Source of the DNA: Chiloscyllium plagiosum
Lineage: Eukaryota
NCBI RefSeq assembly: GCF_004010195.1
Contig: NC_057719.1
Span: 28,868,556-28,932,555 of the forward strand
DNA length: 64,000 nucleotides
Direction: 5' to 3'
Every line of letters begins with the position of its first letter. Position 1 is the stretch's first letter. Shown here in pieces: positions 22,158-34,496 of the stretch. A program made the position numbers and the translations under genes. The notes under the pieces are model-generated. The model was not told where the DNA came from, did no database searches, and worked only from the letters and a program-made list of their open reading frames with translations.

Positions 22158-25100
22158 TCAGGAGGCATTGCATCTCTTGACAATGCACTGGAAAATGAGG
22201 TTGGCTCCCATTTTATCCAAAGGCACATATATGGTGCTGCTGATACTGGGAGCTGAATGAACACACATGGCAGTGTGCTAGTTTACCCAATTACTGCTCT
22301 GCTTTCTGCCTTGCTTGGAGAACTACTAACTCCCCCACTCACTCAGTACTCTGCTCACCATCTCTCATGCCATTTCACTTGGTGCCCCTCTCACTGCTCC
22401 ACTTGCCTCCCTGGCTGTCCTGTTCCCATGCATCATTGTTTCCTTCCCACTCAGCACCTTACTCTCTTGCTTGGGGAAGAAGGATGGTAAGTCAGAGGTA
22501 GGTAGTGAGGGGTTGGGAACAGGATAACCAGGGAGGTATTGAACAGAACAGCCAAATGCTGGGAGTGAGACAGCAAGCAAAACACTGCAACTGCATGAGT
22601 AGTGAGAGCACCCCTTCAGTTCTGCTGGCATCAAATGCAGCCACTTATAATGTAGCCAATTTATTAGGAATCAATAGAGCACCAGTCATTGTCAACATTC
22701 TATGTAGCTAGATACGTGACCCAGTCCAGGAGATTTAAACACTGGGCTTAAGGAATCAGGTGTTAATTTGATGACATTCAATGCCTTCATCCATAAACTG
22801 CTATGCTACAAGTAGCTATATACCACCCTATTCTGAGCATGACACATAAAAGCAGCTGCGATTATTCAAATAACCTGATATTTAAGTTATCAATAAATGT
22901 GGAAATGAAATAGTTTTAAAATTCTCCTAAAACTGACTGATAAGCATGTTTAGCCGAATGTAAAAAGTAACAACGAGGTATAAACAGTGGAATTCTCTAC
23001 CGCAGAAGACTGTGCAAATTCAGACATTGAGTATTTTTGAGACAAAGATCAATAGATTTCTAGAAGCTAATGACATGTAGTGATATGGATATGGTACAGA
23101 CAAATGGCATTGAGATAGATGATCAACCATGATCCAGAATAGTGGAGCAGGGATGAGGGGCAGAAACTCCTCCTACTAGTATGCTACTATGTTCTAAAAC
23201 AATGATTTAAACTGAGATCCTCAATGTCTTTGCTGTTCAAAGATGGCTAAAGTATTCAGCTACTCTCAACTGTGGTAAAATTACAACTTATAACTGACTA
23301 GAACTGATACCTTGAATGGAATTGTTAAACAGTCCATATTCTTTCAAGGAACTCTGAAACCACAAACCTACAGACTGAGCATCAATAAGTATGACTAGTT
23401 ATTTGGTAAGAAGTATTTAACATAGTGTGAACCTGACTCTCTGTACACCTGTTCTACAGGAGTTTAAAAATGTGCAAAAATATAACTTTTTTTAGAAAAA
23501 TATTTGAAGCAATTTGTCCACAGTCATAATTGAATATTTTGTGGATTTTTAATGTAGATATGTCGATTTAACAAATGTATAAAAGATATGGACAGTATTA
23601 GTATGCACATTTGTCCCTGACCTTACCAGACCAATAACTGCTTTTAATACTCCCAGGTTTGTTATATCACAGATCAAGTGAAAAGCTTTAACTATGTTAT
23701 ACTATCAAGGTGTTAAGTCCAGCTTCAGAAATCCACAGCTTGCAAAAGTGCATATGTTGCTAGAATTGTGTGTGCAGTTTAATGGTACAGTAGCTAGTTA
23801 TTTTTTAAGTCACTTAATATAAGATTATACACTGTTTTTCCTGCAAAAAACTATAAATAGAACATATCTTTTACAGATATTTATAGGCGCGTATTATGAA
23901 AGAAAACTTTTGTATCATCCTTAAACTGTATTTTAGAAAACTTACATCTATTAAAGAAAATGCAAAAAAAATCAATTTGACATTCAATCCAATGCTCTAA
24001 AGTTGCAATGTATACAATTATATGTGAACGATTAATGATATACTTGCACTTAACCACACATTCCAATATACTGCATTGAAAATATTTGCCAGAGTGATTG
24101 TAAGAAAACAATTCTGTTTAAAATCATGATTAAATCCATTCAAATCAGAACTGATCATTTTCTCTCCACTTATTAACACATATTAAGAATTCTCATTAGT
24201 TTTTGTAAAATAGTAAGTTATTCCATATAAATTGATTTGCAACACATGAAAAATTACAATTAAATCATTTTTCAAGAACACATTTTGATATTAAAACATG
24301 TTCTTTAGTTTGATTTGTACTCTCCTTGTGGACAGTTCTGCAAATTGTTCCCGTAGCAATAAGGTGTGATCTTAGATGCAGACCAATTCATCATGGTCAC
24401 CAGCAATGCTACTTGTTTATAGAATGTACAGTTCATGCAGGCCAAGATGGATGATGCTGTTTAGTATTGTTATCCTGTCATGGAGTTTATTTAATTCCAC
24501 AGATCTACAGAAGATCTGCATTTTGTTGTTTTAATTAAGCATACAAGAAGTTTTTTCTGATCATTGCCAGCGTTGCGACTTGATTGATTTTTTTTTAAAA
24601 GGGATAAACCAAAATTCTGCTTTCAGTCTCCCTTTACAAATCAGTAACATAGACCTACCATTAGCACTGGTTTAATTGGTTTATGGAGTTGCCTTAGTTA
24701 TTGTATTCCTAACCCCAACCCTATTACAACTTCCAACTAACCCACAATGAATGGAAATAGATTAAATGGCAGCTATGCCATCTCTCTATGGAAGTGGGTG
24801 ATGGAGGGGCCATGCGCAGTGTTTCTTCACCTGCTGGCGCTTAAGTTGGTGCTGGTGACTGACTGAGATGGCAGTACCATGGCAACTGACTGAGACAGCA
24901 GTACCATCTCGACAAGAGAAGAACAGCAGGGAAAGTTCTCTTTTTGAGAAGTGTTTGCTTTTATCTCTATTTTTAAAGCATTTCAGATATACATTTTATT
25001 AAATCTTCTGTAAGGGCAACACACTGAAATTTGATAAAGTGGTTCACATCTGTAGAATACATTAAAAATAAATATCAGGGAAGAGTCCCTGGCTGGGGAG

Positions 25101-25639
25101 ACCAAGAATAAAACTATTGGGACATTTTTCTGCTTCTATTGATAATAATCATTTGGAACCATTTATGCTGGAAAATAACTATCATGTTGTTTGTGTGTGG
25201 CACCAAAGTGCATGGAGCTTCTCTCTCTTAAACAATGACAGCCTCCATTTATTCAAAGCTATGTACTTCAAATACGCTCCAGTGCTGGCACCAGCATAGG
25301 AATTGATGGGAACCCGACAGCTTGATTGTGAATAAATCTAAAGGACTGACCTAAAGTTGTGGGAGCCATAGGAGAATTTGCACTGTCAGTAAAAGACACA
25401 GAGGAGAAGCCTCTGCTGCCCTCCATACACCTCTGATACATAAAACCTCTGTTTTAATCATAATCTAAGGGTGGATGAAAAATAAATGCGCACATGGCAG
25501 AAATCCACAGGAAAAACAGATACAAATGCAATCCCAAGAAATTAAAATGAACTGAGACCATACAAAATATAGAGTCATAGCATAGAAACAGGTCCTTCAG
25601 TCCAATTCGTCCATGCTGACCAGGTTTCCTAGACTACAT

Positions 25640-26905
25640 AGGTCAGGATTTTAGGGAGTACTTGGAGGTGCATGGTAAAATAGGATTGAATCAGCATGGC
25701 TTCATCAAAGAGAGGCCATGTTAGAGCTGTTCGAACTGTTTGTGTAGGTAATGGGGAAATTAGACAAAGGGAAGCCAATGGATGTGATCCCTTTGGATTT
25801 CGAGAAAGCTCTTGACAAGGTGGCATACAGGAGGCTACTAAATAAGAGCCAATAGTGTTAGAAGTAAGGTACTGGCATGGATAGAGAATTGGCTGACTGG
25901 CAGAAATCAGAGTGTGGGGATAAAGGGGTCTGACAGCTAGTGACAAAGGATCAGTGCTAGGACCACAACTGCTCACATTATGCATTAATGATCTGAATGA
26001 AGGAACTAACAGCCATGTTGCTAAGTTTGAAAATGACACAAAGATAGGTGGAGGGACAGGTAGTGTTGAGGAATTGGGGAGGCTGCAGAGGACTTTGACA
26101 GGCTAAGATAGTGGGCAAAGAATTGCCAAATGAAATATACTGTGGGAAAGTATACGGTTATACAGTTTAGTAGGAAGAATAGAGGTGTAGACTATTTTCT
26201 AAGTGGGGAAAGCCTTTGGAAATCTGAAATACAAAGGGTCATATGAGTCCTAGATCAGGTTCTCTTAAGGTTAATGTGCAGGTTCAGTTCTAGTAAGGAA
26301 GGTAAATACACTGTTAGCATTCATTTAGAGAATGCTAGAATAGAAGAGCAGAGATGTACTGCTGAAGCTGTACAAAGCTCTGCTCAGACTGCATTTGAAA
26401 CATTGTGGATAATTTTGTGCATTGGAGGATGTGTTGGCATTGGAGAGGGTCCAGAGGATGTTTACAAGATCTTGGAATTGAAGGGCTTGTCATATGAGGT
26501 ACATTTGAGGACTTTGGGTCTGTACTTGGTGCAGTTTAAAGGGATGAGGAGTAACCTCGTTGAAACTTACAGAATGCTAAGAAGCCCGGAGAGAGTGGGA
26601 TTGGAAATGTTTTCACTACTCGGAAAGACTAAAACCCAAGTGCACAGACTCAGAATGAAGGAATGACTGTTCCGAACTGAGAGGAGAAGGAATTTCTTCA
26701 GCCACCGGGTAGTGAATCAGTTGTGGAGGCCAAGAGATTGAATGTATTTAAGACAGAAATAGATATATTCTTGATTAGTAAGGGAATTAAAGGTTACAGG
26801 ATGAAGGCAGAAGAATAGGGTTGAGAAACATATTTGCTATGATCAAATGGTGGAACAGACTTGATGGGCCAAATAGTCTAAATCTATATTTTACAGTTTT
26901 ATGAC
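25640..26905 (+). mobile_element. Older CR1 RT to 3' end, decayed
   Basis: LDFRKALDKV-like, GSVLGPQLLTLCINDL, AKFENDTKIG motifs; 3' UTR ttgatgggccaaatag. Confidence 0.85.
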
Positions 26906-27419
26906 CCAGTGGGGAAGGGGAGGCAGATCAGAACCCAAGAGGTGAAGGCCCTCTCTTCCCGACCATCATCTGAGGTGCGACCTACTGCCAGCCAACCAAT
27001 TAACAGTCGACAGGGAGGGCCCCTGGCCATTATGCACCTGGAGCTGTGCGTTCAGGTGGTGGAATGCTGATGATATTTAAATGGCTGCCAGCACCCAAGT
27101 CCTGATGTAAATAGAGGTCTCCAAGAAACTAATCAACTCCTGTCCCTACCACCCTCCCAGAGCCAGCCAGCTGTGACAAAAGGTCAGTTGGACTTGAAAT
27201 GTCAGCTATTTTCTCTCCTTACAGCTGCTGCCAGACCTGCTGAGATTTTCCAGCATTTTCTCTTTTGGCTTCAGCTGTGACATTCCCCCTCACTCCCCTT
27301 CAGCGAGTGATTCCCGCAATAGGCAGCCGGCAACCATCCTCGACAGCCTGTGAACTGCCAGCACCCCATCATTTAAGGGGCCAGAAATCACATAGGCCCC
27401 TTGCAATGGAAAACCACAC

Positions 27420-27595
27420 ATGGCAGAAACAAGAGCCCTGGGGACCCGAAAGATCAGTGACAACTCCCTGTCTGTCTTCCTCCCAGCGATTTAGGCAAGG
27501 TGGAAGACCCTCTTTCCCAAGGGCAAAAGGAGGAACCCTCCCTCCTTCCCCTACCAAGCAAGCCTGGTTGAAGATCCAGGAGAAGGCCGTATAGC
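27420..27595 (+). pseudogene. Harbinger ORF2 (Myb/SANT-like DNA-binding protein) N-terminal relic
   Basis: MAETRALGTRKISDNSLSVFLPAI*ARWKTLFPKGKRR, then frameshift to TKQAWLKI; resembles the RFSD.SL..L...V......LF......TK.AW pattern of Harbinger trihelix proteins. Confidence 0.5.
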
Positions 27596-29082
27596 CAACC
27601 CGGCTTCAAGCAGAACATCTTGGTTCTGACAGGGTGAATGACAAACCTCTGGTGTCAACAAGAGGACGGCAAATTGATAAAAGTGATGCTGAGGATCCTG
27701 GAGAGGAAAAGTCCAATGTGTTGATCTGATGGATAGAGTCTGTAGCTTCCACCTGGGTAAGAAATGGCTGAAGCGTTGATGGGGTACAAGCTTGGGAGTG
27801 TCAACTCTTACAAAAATAAAAATGGTAAAGAACAGTGGGGAGAACCCACACCCAGATCCTCAACAATCTGACTCCCAGGGTGATGGCAGGGTATCAGAAT
27901 GCGCACTCCATCATGGATAATGAAGACAGAGCTCAGTGTTGGAGGGTGGGTCATCAATGGCCATGATGGAGACATCACGTGGGCCTAAGGGAAGGTTGTG
28001 TGAGCCTCCTGTGTACAGAAATCGATGTGAACTGCAGCCTGTCTGGAAATCCCAACAATGACTATTCATCCTTGCAGATCAACACAAGAACAAAGAGCTC
28101 TGGTTTCGGAGGGACACATCCACCTTTGAGGAGGAAAAGGAGGGGACCTCAGAGAATGCAGTAGTATATCACTATCCCTTCATCAGATACAGAAGGTACT
28201 ATGCCACAGTGGCTATGTATTCACAATTAGTTTCAGTGTCACAAACTGGTGCAAGTATCAGGCATGCACCTACCCAGCTGGTGGGGGCTGTGACAGCTGA
28301 GGCCACTGACCCTCAGGGAATGTGTGAGAACAGACCCAAGTGGAACTGTAGGCTGATAACATGCCTTTGCAGTAATCCTGGGGGCTGCAAATGTTGGCAG
28401 TGATGTGTGAGATCAGGTGGAGATTCCAGAGGGTGTACATACCCTTACGTGGGAAGTGGAGGAGTTCGTCCTGACCTTGAGCACTGTGATCTCTCTCTCG
28501 TTTGTGCACATAACCTCCTCTATTGAGATATAGATGATTCTCATGGAGGAGCTAAAGGTTTTGGCAGGCTCGGAGGCCTTAGAGAAGCGATGAGTGACTG
28601 CCGTATGCTTGGACTGTGGAGCGTAATTTGTCTGGATGGGTCCTGAGAAATGTTTGAGTATGAGGCTTTTGAGCCTTAATTGTGCCAACAACTTTGTGGC
28701 CTGCAAGCAGTTCATTGTATGTAAAGTATCTCATTTTGAAGAGAGTGATGGTCTTCTAAATGGTGGATCACATGCCCCGCTTTAGAGTGTTCCTCGGCTT
28801 TAGTCATTGGGTTCCTTCCTGCTGTTTGGAGCCATCTCTTTGGTAAGTAACCATTGATCGCCAGCATCTCTCTTTGTAGATGCACAACAGGATTGAAAAG
28901 CACCTGGGAGCGTTGGAGAATGTATGCATTGTGACTGCTTCAGAATAAACAGCATGGACATGCTCTTGAAAGCTTGTGTTTGGGAAATCTAGCCATTCTA
29001 TTGAAATGTCCGGCTCCATCAGTCTGCATCATTTCAGAAACTGATTAACTGATCGGCTTTTCTGCAGAGGTAATCTAGCATT

Positions 29083-29300
29083 AACAAAACAAAACTGCTG
29101 GAGAAACTCAACAGGTCTGGCAATCCCTGTGGACAGAAAGCAGAGTTAACATTTTGGGTCCTGTGTTCTGAAGTGGGGCCACTGGACCTGAAACATTAAC
29201 TCTGCTTTCTCTTCACAGATACTGCCAGACCTATGGAATTTATGCAGCCATTTGTGTTTTTGTTTTGGATTTCCAGCATCTACAGTTCTTTGATTATTAT
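29083..29300. mobile_element. Older small fold-back Penelope-type tail element
   Basis: ctggca..gtggacagaaagcagagttaacattttgggtcc inverted against ggacctgaaacattaactctgctttctcttcacagatactgccag; extra tail gatttccagcatctacag on the right arm. Confidence 0.7.
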
Positions 29301-31439
29301 TTGTTTAGTCAGTCATTATGTTCATCCAGTGATGTGTGGTTGATTGGGAGGCTCAACACCTATCTCTATTTAATCCCTAAATTCAGGGCCACCATGACTT
29401 TAACAACTACTGGCATTGGATGACCACCAATACAGTGGAATTTACCTTCCCACCCTCATGGTGCAAAGTTCTCAGTGAAACTGTCACTCTGACACCTGCA
29501 GGCAGGGGGCATGCTTTGCCTGTAGATTCTGGCCATAGCATGCCTGCATATGCATGCTGCTGTGTGCTTATAGTTCCCATTGTGGCCTTCTGCCACTTCA
29601 ATACCACAACGCTACATCTGAAGGTGTCAAGGCGATGCGTACAATCCTCTCTCCCTCTCAGGGTTTCCTTCTCATTACCAGAATGAGAGATGCTTGCACC
29701 AGCTAGGCACTGCTGCACTGATAGGTGGCATCCTTCCACTCAATGCAGCAATGCTGTCTAGGCCCCTTGCCCCTCTCTGACCTCTATCTAGTGCACCCTC
29801 TGACAGGACCACAACTTCAACATTGACACCAAATCAATGGCAGAATTAATGATGTCAGGGATTCAAACCAACATCATTCCAAGTAATTTTATGATACCTC
29901 ACCTCTTCTGCCATCCATTTCTGCTCCATAAAATCCTGGCCATTGAAATGAATAACAAAGAAAAATAGGTGTATTCTAAGGCAGAGGTATTAATATTCTC
30001 AAAGCTATTACTGCCCACATTTAGATCTCATAAATTTGCTTGCTGCCCTCAAGTGGAAGAACCCACCTATTCTAATTCATTCAAATATTGCAGGAAGGAG
30101 TCAGAATGAAAGCATTGATAGACTACCTGGTTAGCCAATTACAGTAGGTAAACTGATGATAACTTGATAATATTACAATGGGCAAAACTTGCCTCTCTAC
30201 ACCTCCTCTTGTTCTAAGTTATAGACATGACTTTAGAAGGAAATTGACACAATCTGCTCGTTGTAAAACTATACTATGACTAAAATAATTAACTAATTTA
30301 TGAAATAAGATTAAAACAGGCAAATCAAAATTTAAATAAAGAAATCTATTTTGAGGTCCTCAGTAAATTCAAGTCAGTACAATTAGGTTTGTGGATGGTT
30401 TTGACCAAATTAAGGGATACAATTTCAGAAGCAAACTTAGAAGAATTTACATGAATGTGAAATTAGAATTCACCCACCTTTTATAAGACATGGAAGAAGG
30501 TGACTAAAGGTATGTTTGAAGCAGTTGGTTTTGGAGACACATTATTGAGGTGGAAGGCAATCCTAAATGTGAGGAAGAACAGCTTCTCAGTGTGACTGAG
30601 AGAAGGGATACAGAAGAATGAAGAATGAGTGGAGAAACCTAGCATTCAAATAAATGGCTGAGGTAGTGAGGCTTGAAGTTGTGAAAGGGATAGTAGACAC
30701 TCTGAACTTGAAGTCAGAGGGAATAAATCATCAATGAACTGGTGGAAAGACAAGGGCTAACAAAACAGAATAAATTATTGTGGATTGGATACAGAAAGCA
30801 AAACCTTAAATGATATGAAATTTACGTGTATGACTTGAAAGGCCAATTAACAGATGATTGGACTAATCTGAAGCAACAAAAGGCTGTTAACTACTTCAGG
30901 GTCAGTGATGGGTGAGTTAAGGGTACAGACAGGTGAGGTGAAAGTTTCAGAAATAGCTCTTGATGGTAAATGTAAAGTTTGGAGTTCAGCTAATAGTCAG
31001 TAACAAAATTGTGCACCATCAGTCTGAGCAAACTGTTTCAACAAGAAGATGGAAATAAAGGCTATATTTTTGGTAGAAGTGACCAGAATGACTTTGGTCT
31101 TACTGATGTGAATTGAAATCAATTATTGCTTATCTGGAACTAGGCGAATTTAGGTCAACATTGAAATCACTGTGGAGTCACTCATTCAGAGGACTTGGAA
31201 TGACAATAGATAATAAAGGGGAAAGGGAAGAAGGAGCAATGGATAATGTGGTCAAGAGTAGAAGATGCCAAACTGTAAAGAGGCAGGAGGAGATAACAAA
31301 CAGCTTGTTAATATGAGCCAAGGCATGAATCAAAATATTGTGAAATATATAATCAGGTAGGACAGGGAGTCTTTGTAATGGGAAAGAAGTCACCATCTAA
31401 AAGCCAAGGTCTAAAAAGGGTAGATCCTTACATTGCACC

Positions 31440-31870
31440 AACTCTCTAAACACTACTGCTGTTGCTAAATTGTCAGACTGCTCTTTTAAGATCCAGTGCT
31501 AGGATAAGCAGACATTTTCTCAGAAGACAAAAGTCAATATCTTCAGTTATTGCTTGAAACTCAATTTCCAGATTACCCACTGCTTCAGACTAAACCAAAC
31601 TGTTCACAACCTTGGTGTCACCCTTCACTTTGAGTTGCACTGTCAAGCATATATTCCTTCCACTAAGAACTTCCATTTCTATTTTCAGAACATTGCTGGA
31701 CGTGACAATTCCAATGCACTGATGCCCAGTCTCCCAGATCCTTAAAGTTATCCATGATTACTCATGTCCACAAATGCACCAAATCCTGTTCACCCATCAC
31801 TGCTGTGCTCATTGATCTATAATGACCCCCAGTTAAGTAAGAACTCAATTTGAAAATTCGAGGATATTTT
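31440..31870 (+). mobile_element. L2-like LINE remnant (a second remnant at ~47100-47560)
   Basis: TVHNLGVTL motif and cccatcactgctgtgctc..gatcta 3' region. Confidence 0.45.
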
Positions 31871-33054
31871 ACTATATTGAAGGTGCTACATAAATACAAG
31901 TTGAATTAATATAAGATAGCAGCCTTTTGGCAGAGTTGGTTGACAGTAAGAGATTCATACATGTGGCTGCAGGAATAGACTTGGCAGAGGAGAGAAGGGT
32001 AAGAAATTGGTTTGTTCCCAGCAAGATCACCAAAAACATGATCCAAAGAGGTGAATATAAGAGGATTTTAAAGAAGAAGAAGGGAAAATAGAAGGAATTC
32101 TAAAACATGGGGCCAAAATGATTAAAGGCATGGCTGTTTCCAATAGTGGAATGAAGGGAGAGTTAACACAAGATGCCACATTTGGGGATTAAAGACTGCC
32201 TGTTTAGGAATACCAGCAATGCAACTTATGGTGGGTCTCACAGAGAGTTGCTGGAAAAGAATAGATGGAAGGTATTTGATTTAATTAATTCATTAAATTT
32301 TCATGATTTTACAGTCCTACAGTGTAATCATGGCCTCAATAAAGCAAAATACATTTAAATTTCTCAGTAGAGTATGATACCACAACACTATCTGCAACCA
32401 CATTTCAAGAACTATTTCCAAGTAAAAGTAGTGACAAAATGCTGAGGTCTCTGATCCAAAACGGTATCTCGTCAATTTATATTACAGGGTCTTCAGAATA
32501 CCAAAATCTATCATCCAAAAATGCCAAAATCAATCATCCAAAATTTATAATTACAGCTTTAACTTTTTTGCTTTGGTTCTCATTCTGGTAGTAAAGTATA
32601 CATATGCTAGCAATGTACAAATCATATTGCTGGTCTTTTGGGTAAACTCAATGCTCAGTCCTTGCATGCACTTTCTCCAAAATCACAACCGTATTCGCTA
32701 GTTTGGCTGCTAAGTATCTGAAGAGTGGACTGCTATATGCATAATGAGTGCTGAATCTTTTATAATCCCAAATTCACAAAAGGGGTCAGAAGTAGATATT
32801 AGGCATTTGACTTGTAAATTCAGTCAGTTTCAAGCACAAGCTCTAGACACATATGAAAGATGCTTAACCAATATGGCAGCCTCCTGCCTTGTAATTGGCA
32901 CATCATCAGCCACATTGGACCCTTACTGCCTATATGGACAAGCAAAATGGGCAGAGTGTAATCCAATGTCTAGGCCAATATTTCAAGAGATGGAAAAAAT
33001 TGACAAATAAAATGTGAAGCAAACAAATAAGTCAATAACCAAGGGACTAATAGT

Positions 33055-33370
33055 GGGCGGCATGGTGGCACAGTGGTTAGCACTGCTGCCTCACAGCGCC
33101 AGAGACCTGGGTTCAATTCCTGACTTAGGCGACTGACTGTGTGGAGTTTGCACATTCTCCCCGTGTCTGCGTGGGTTTTCTCCAGGTGCTCCGGTTTCCT
33201 CCCACAGTCACAAAGATGTGCGGGCCAGGTGAATTGGCCATGCTAAATTGCCCGTAGTGTTAGGTTAAAGGGGTAAATGTAGGGGTATGGGTGGGTTGCG
33301 CTTCGGCGGGTCGGTGTGTTGGGCCGAAGGGCCTGTTTCCACACTGTAAGTAATCTAATCTAATCTAATT
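33055..33370 (+). mobile_element. HE1-type SINE, young (CpGs retained)
   Basis: Full head with gggttcaattcc B-box and (taatc)3 tail. Confidence 0.95.
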
Positions 33371-34482
33371 CATCTGCAACTATGCACATTTAGATCATCT
33401 GCCAGAAGTTGTGACCCTCAGTTGGTTATCATGTTCACCTCCTTCCCCAAAATGTGATTGGCAGTTACAAGGTTAAATAAAAATTAACAGGAATAGACAG
33501 CAAATAAATGATAGTCGATTATAATTCTTTCTAAATGAATTGTAGCTGTGTGCTGATGGTCAGAGCCCTTAAGATAATAGCTAATGTCTAGTTAAATGCT
33601 TCTGAGCTGACAGAAATCAAAATTATTTTGCAGGCATACAGTGATTTCTTGCTCATAACACTGCAATCCTTTTATATGCAATGTATCATGAGATGGACCA
33701 AAAGAAAAATAACTTGTAATCCAACCTAAAAATAACAAGTACAGCTATACCAGCATTTACCATGATATCTTCAGATGTGGTATAGAGTTACTTGTATCCA
33801 GAATTATCCTGTAATCCATTTGTCACCTCAGATGCTGGTGAATTTGGCTGTGTTAATCTGATTGTAAGTTTCATGTTTATCGCAGAAAGAGATGATCTCA
33901 CAGATACACAGTGAAAATATCAACAACTATTTGATTATGTTCCACAATTCTCTGTTAGATTCTGAATAATTATTTCTGTTGCAGTCTAGAATGTACTACA
34001 CCAACAGTGTTCCTGCATAATTTCATTAACTCTTTAATACTAAACCCAAAGGCTGTGGAATAACGTAGTAAAATACAGATTTATACAGCTGAGATTTGAA
34101 TAACCATTGTTTCAAAATGTGAAAAAAAAGACTCCTGTATATTTGTGGGAATAACTAATGTGCTGAAATTAAGTTTGAGAATCTTGGGCATTAGGAATGA
34201 CACTGTAATTCTCCAAACTTAATTCTGTATATCACATAGTCTTAGTTTAACATAGTCCCATGCCTTATTGTGAAAGCTTGCTCTGTTGTGGCCATTATGA
34301 CAAAAGCATATGACCTAATGTCCACAATTTCTAAAAGTAACTGGCAATGAAATTCTAAAAGCTGTGCAATTTAAAAAAAATACACATTATTGCTTGTTTC
34401 CATACAACCCTACCACCTCGCATCTAAGCTAATACTTAGCAGCTACAGCTGTGTGTTCCTACTTTCATGCTATCCGATCCCT

Positions 34483-34496
34483 GTTTCCATAGTAAC
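34483..34496. promoter_or_regulatory. RFX X-box motif in unique sequence
   Basis: GTTTCCATAGTAAC fits the GTNRCC-N-RGYAAC/GTTTCCATRGYAAC consensus; function not shown. Confidence 0.4.

Noticed and set aside
20988-22188. Longest ORFs in the track (284-350 aa)
   Set aside because: They run through a 727-nt N gap; the only real coding part is a CR1 RT fragment.
28400-29040. Possible second Penelope-type RT/GIY-YIG relic on - (..LAINGYLPKRWL..)
   Set aside because: Only one weak motif is recognisable; it needs a translated search before calling.
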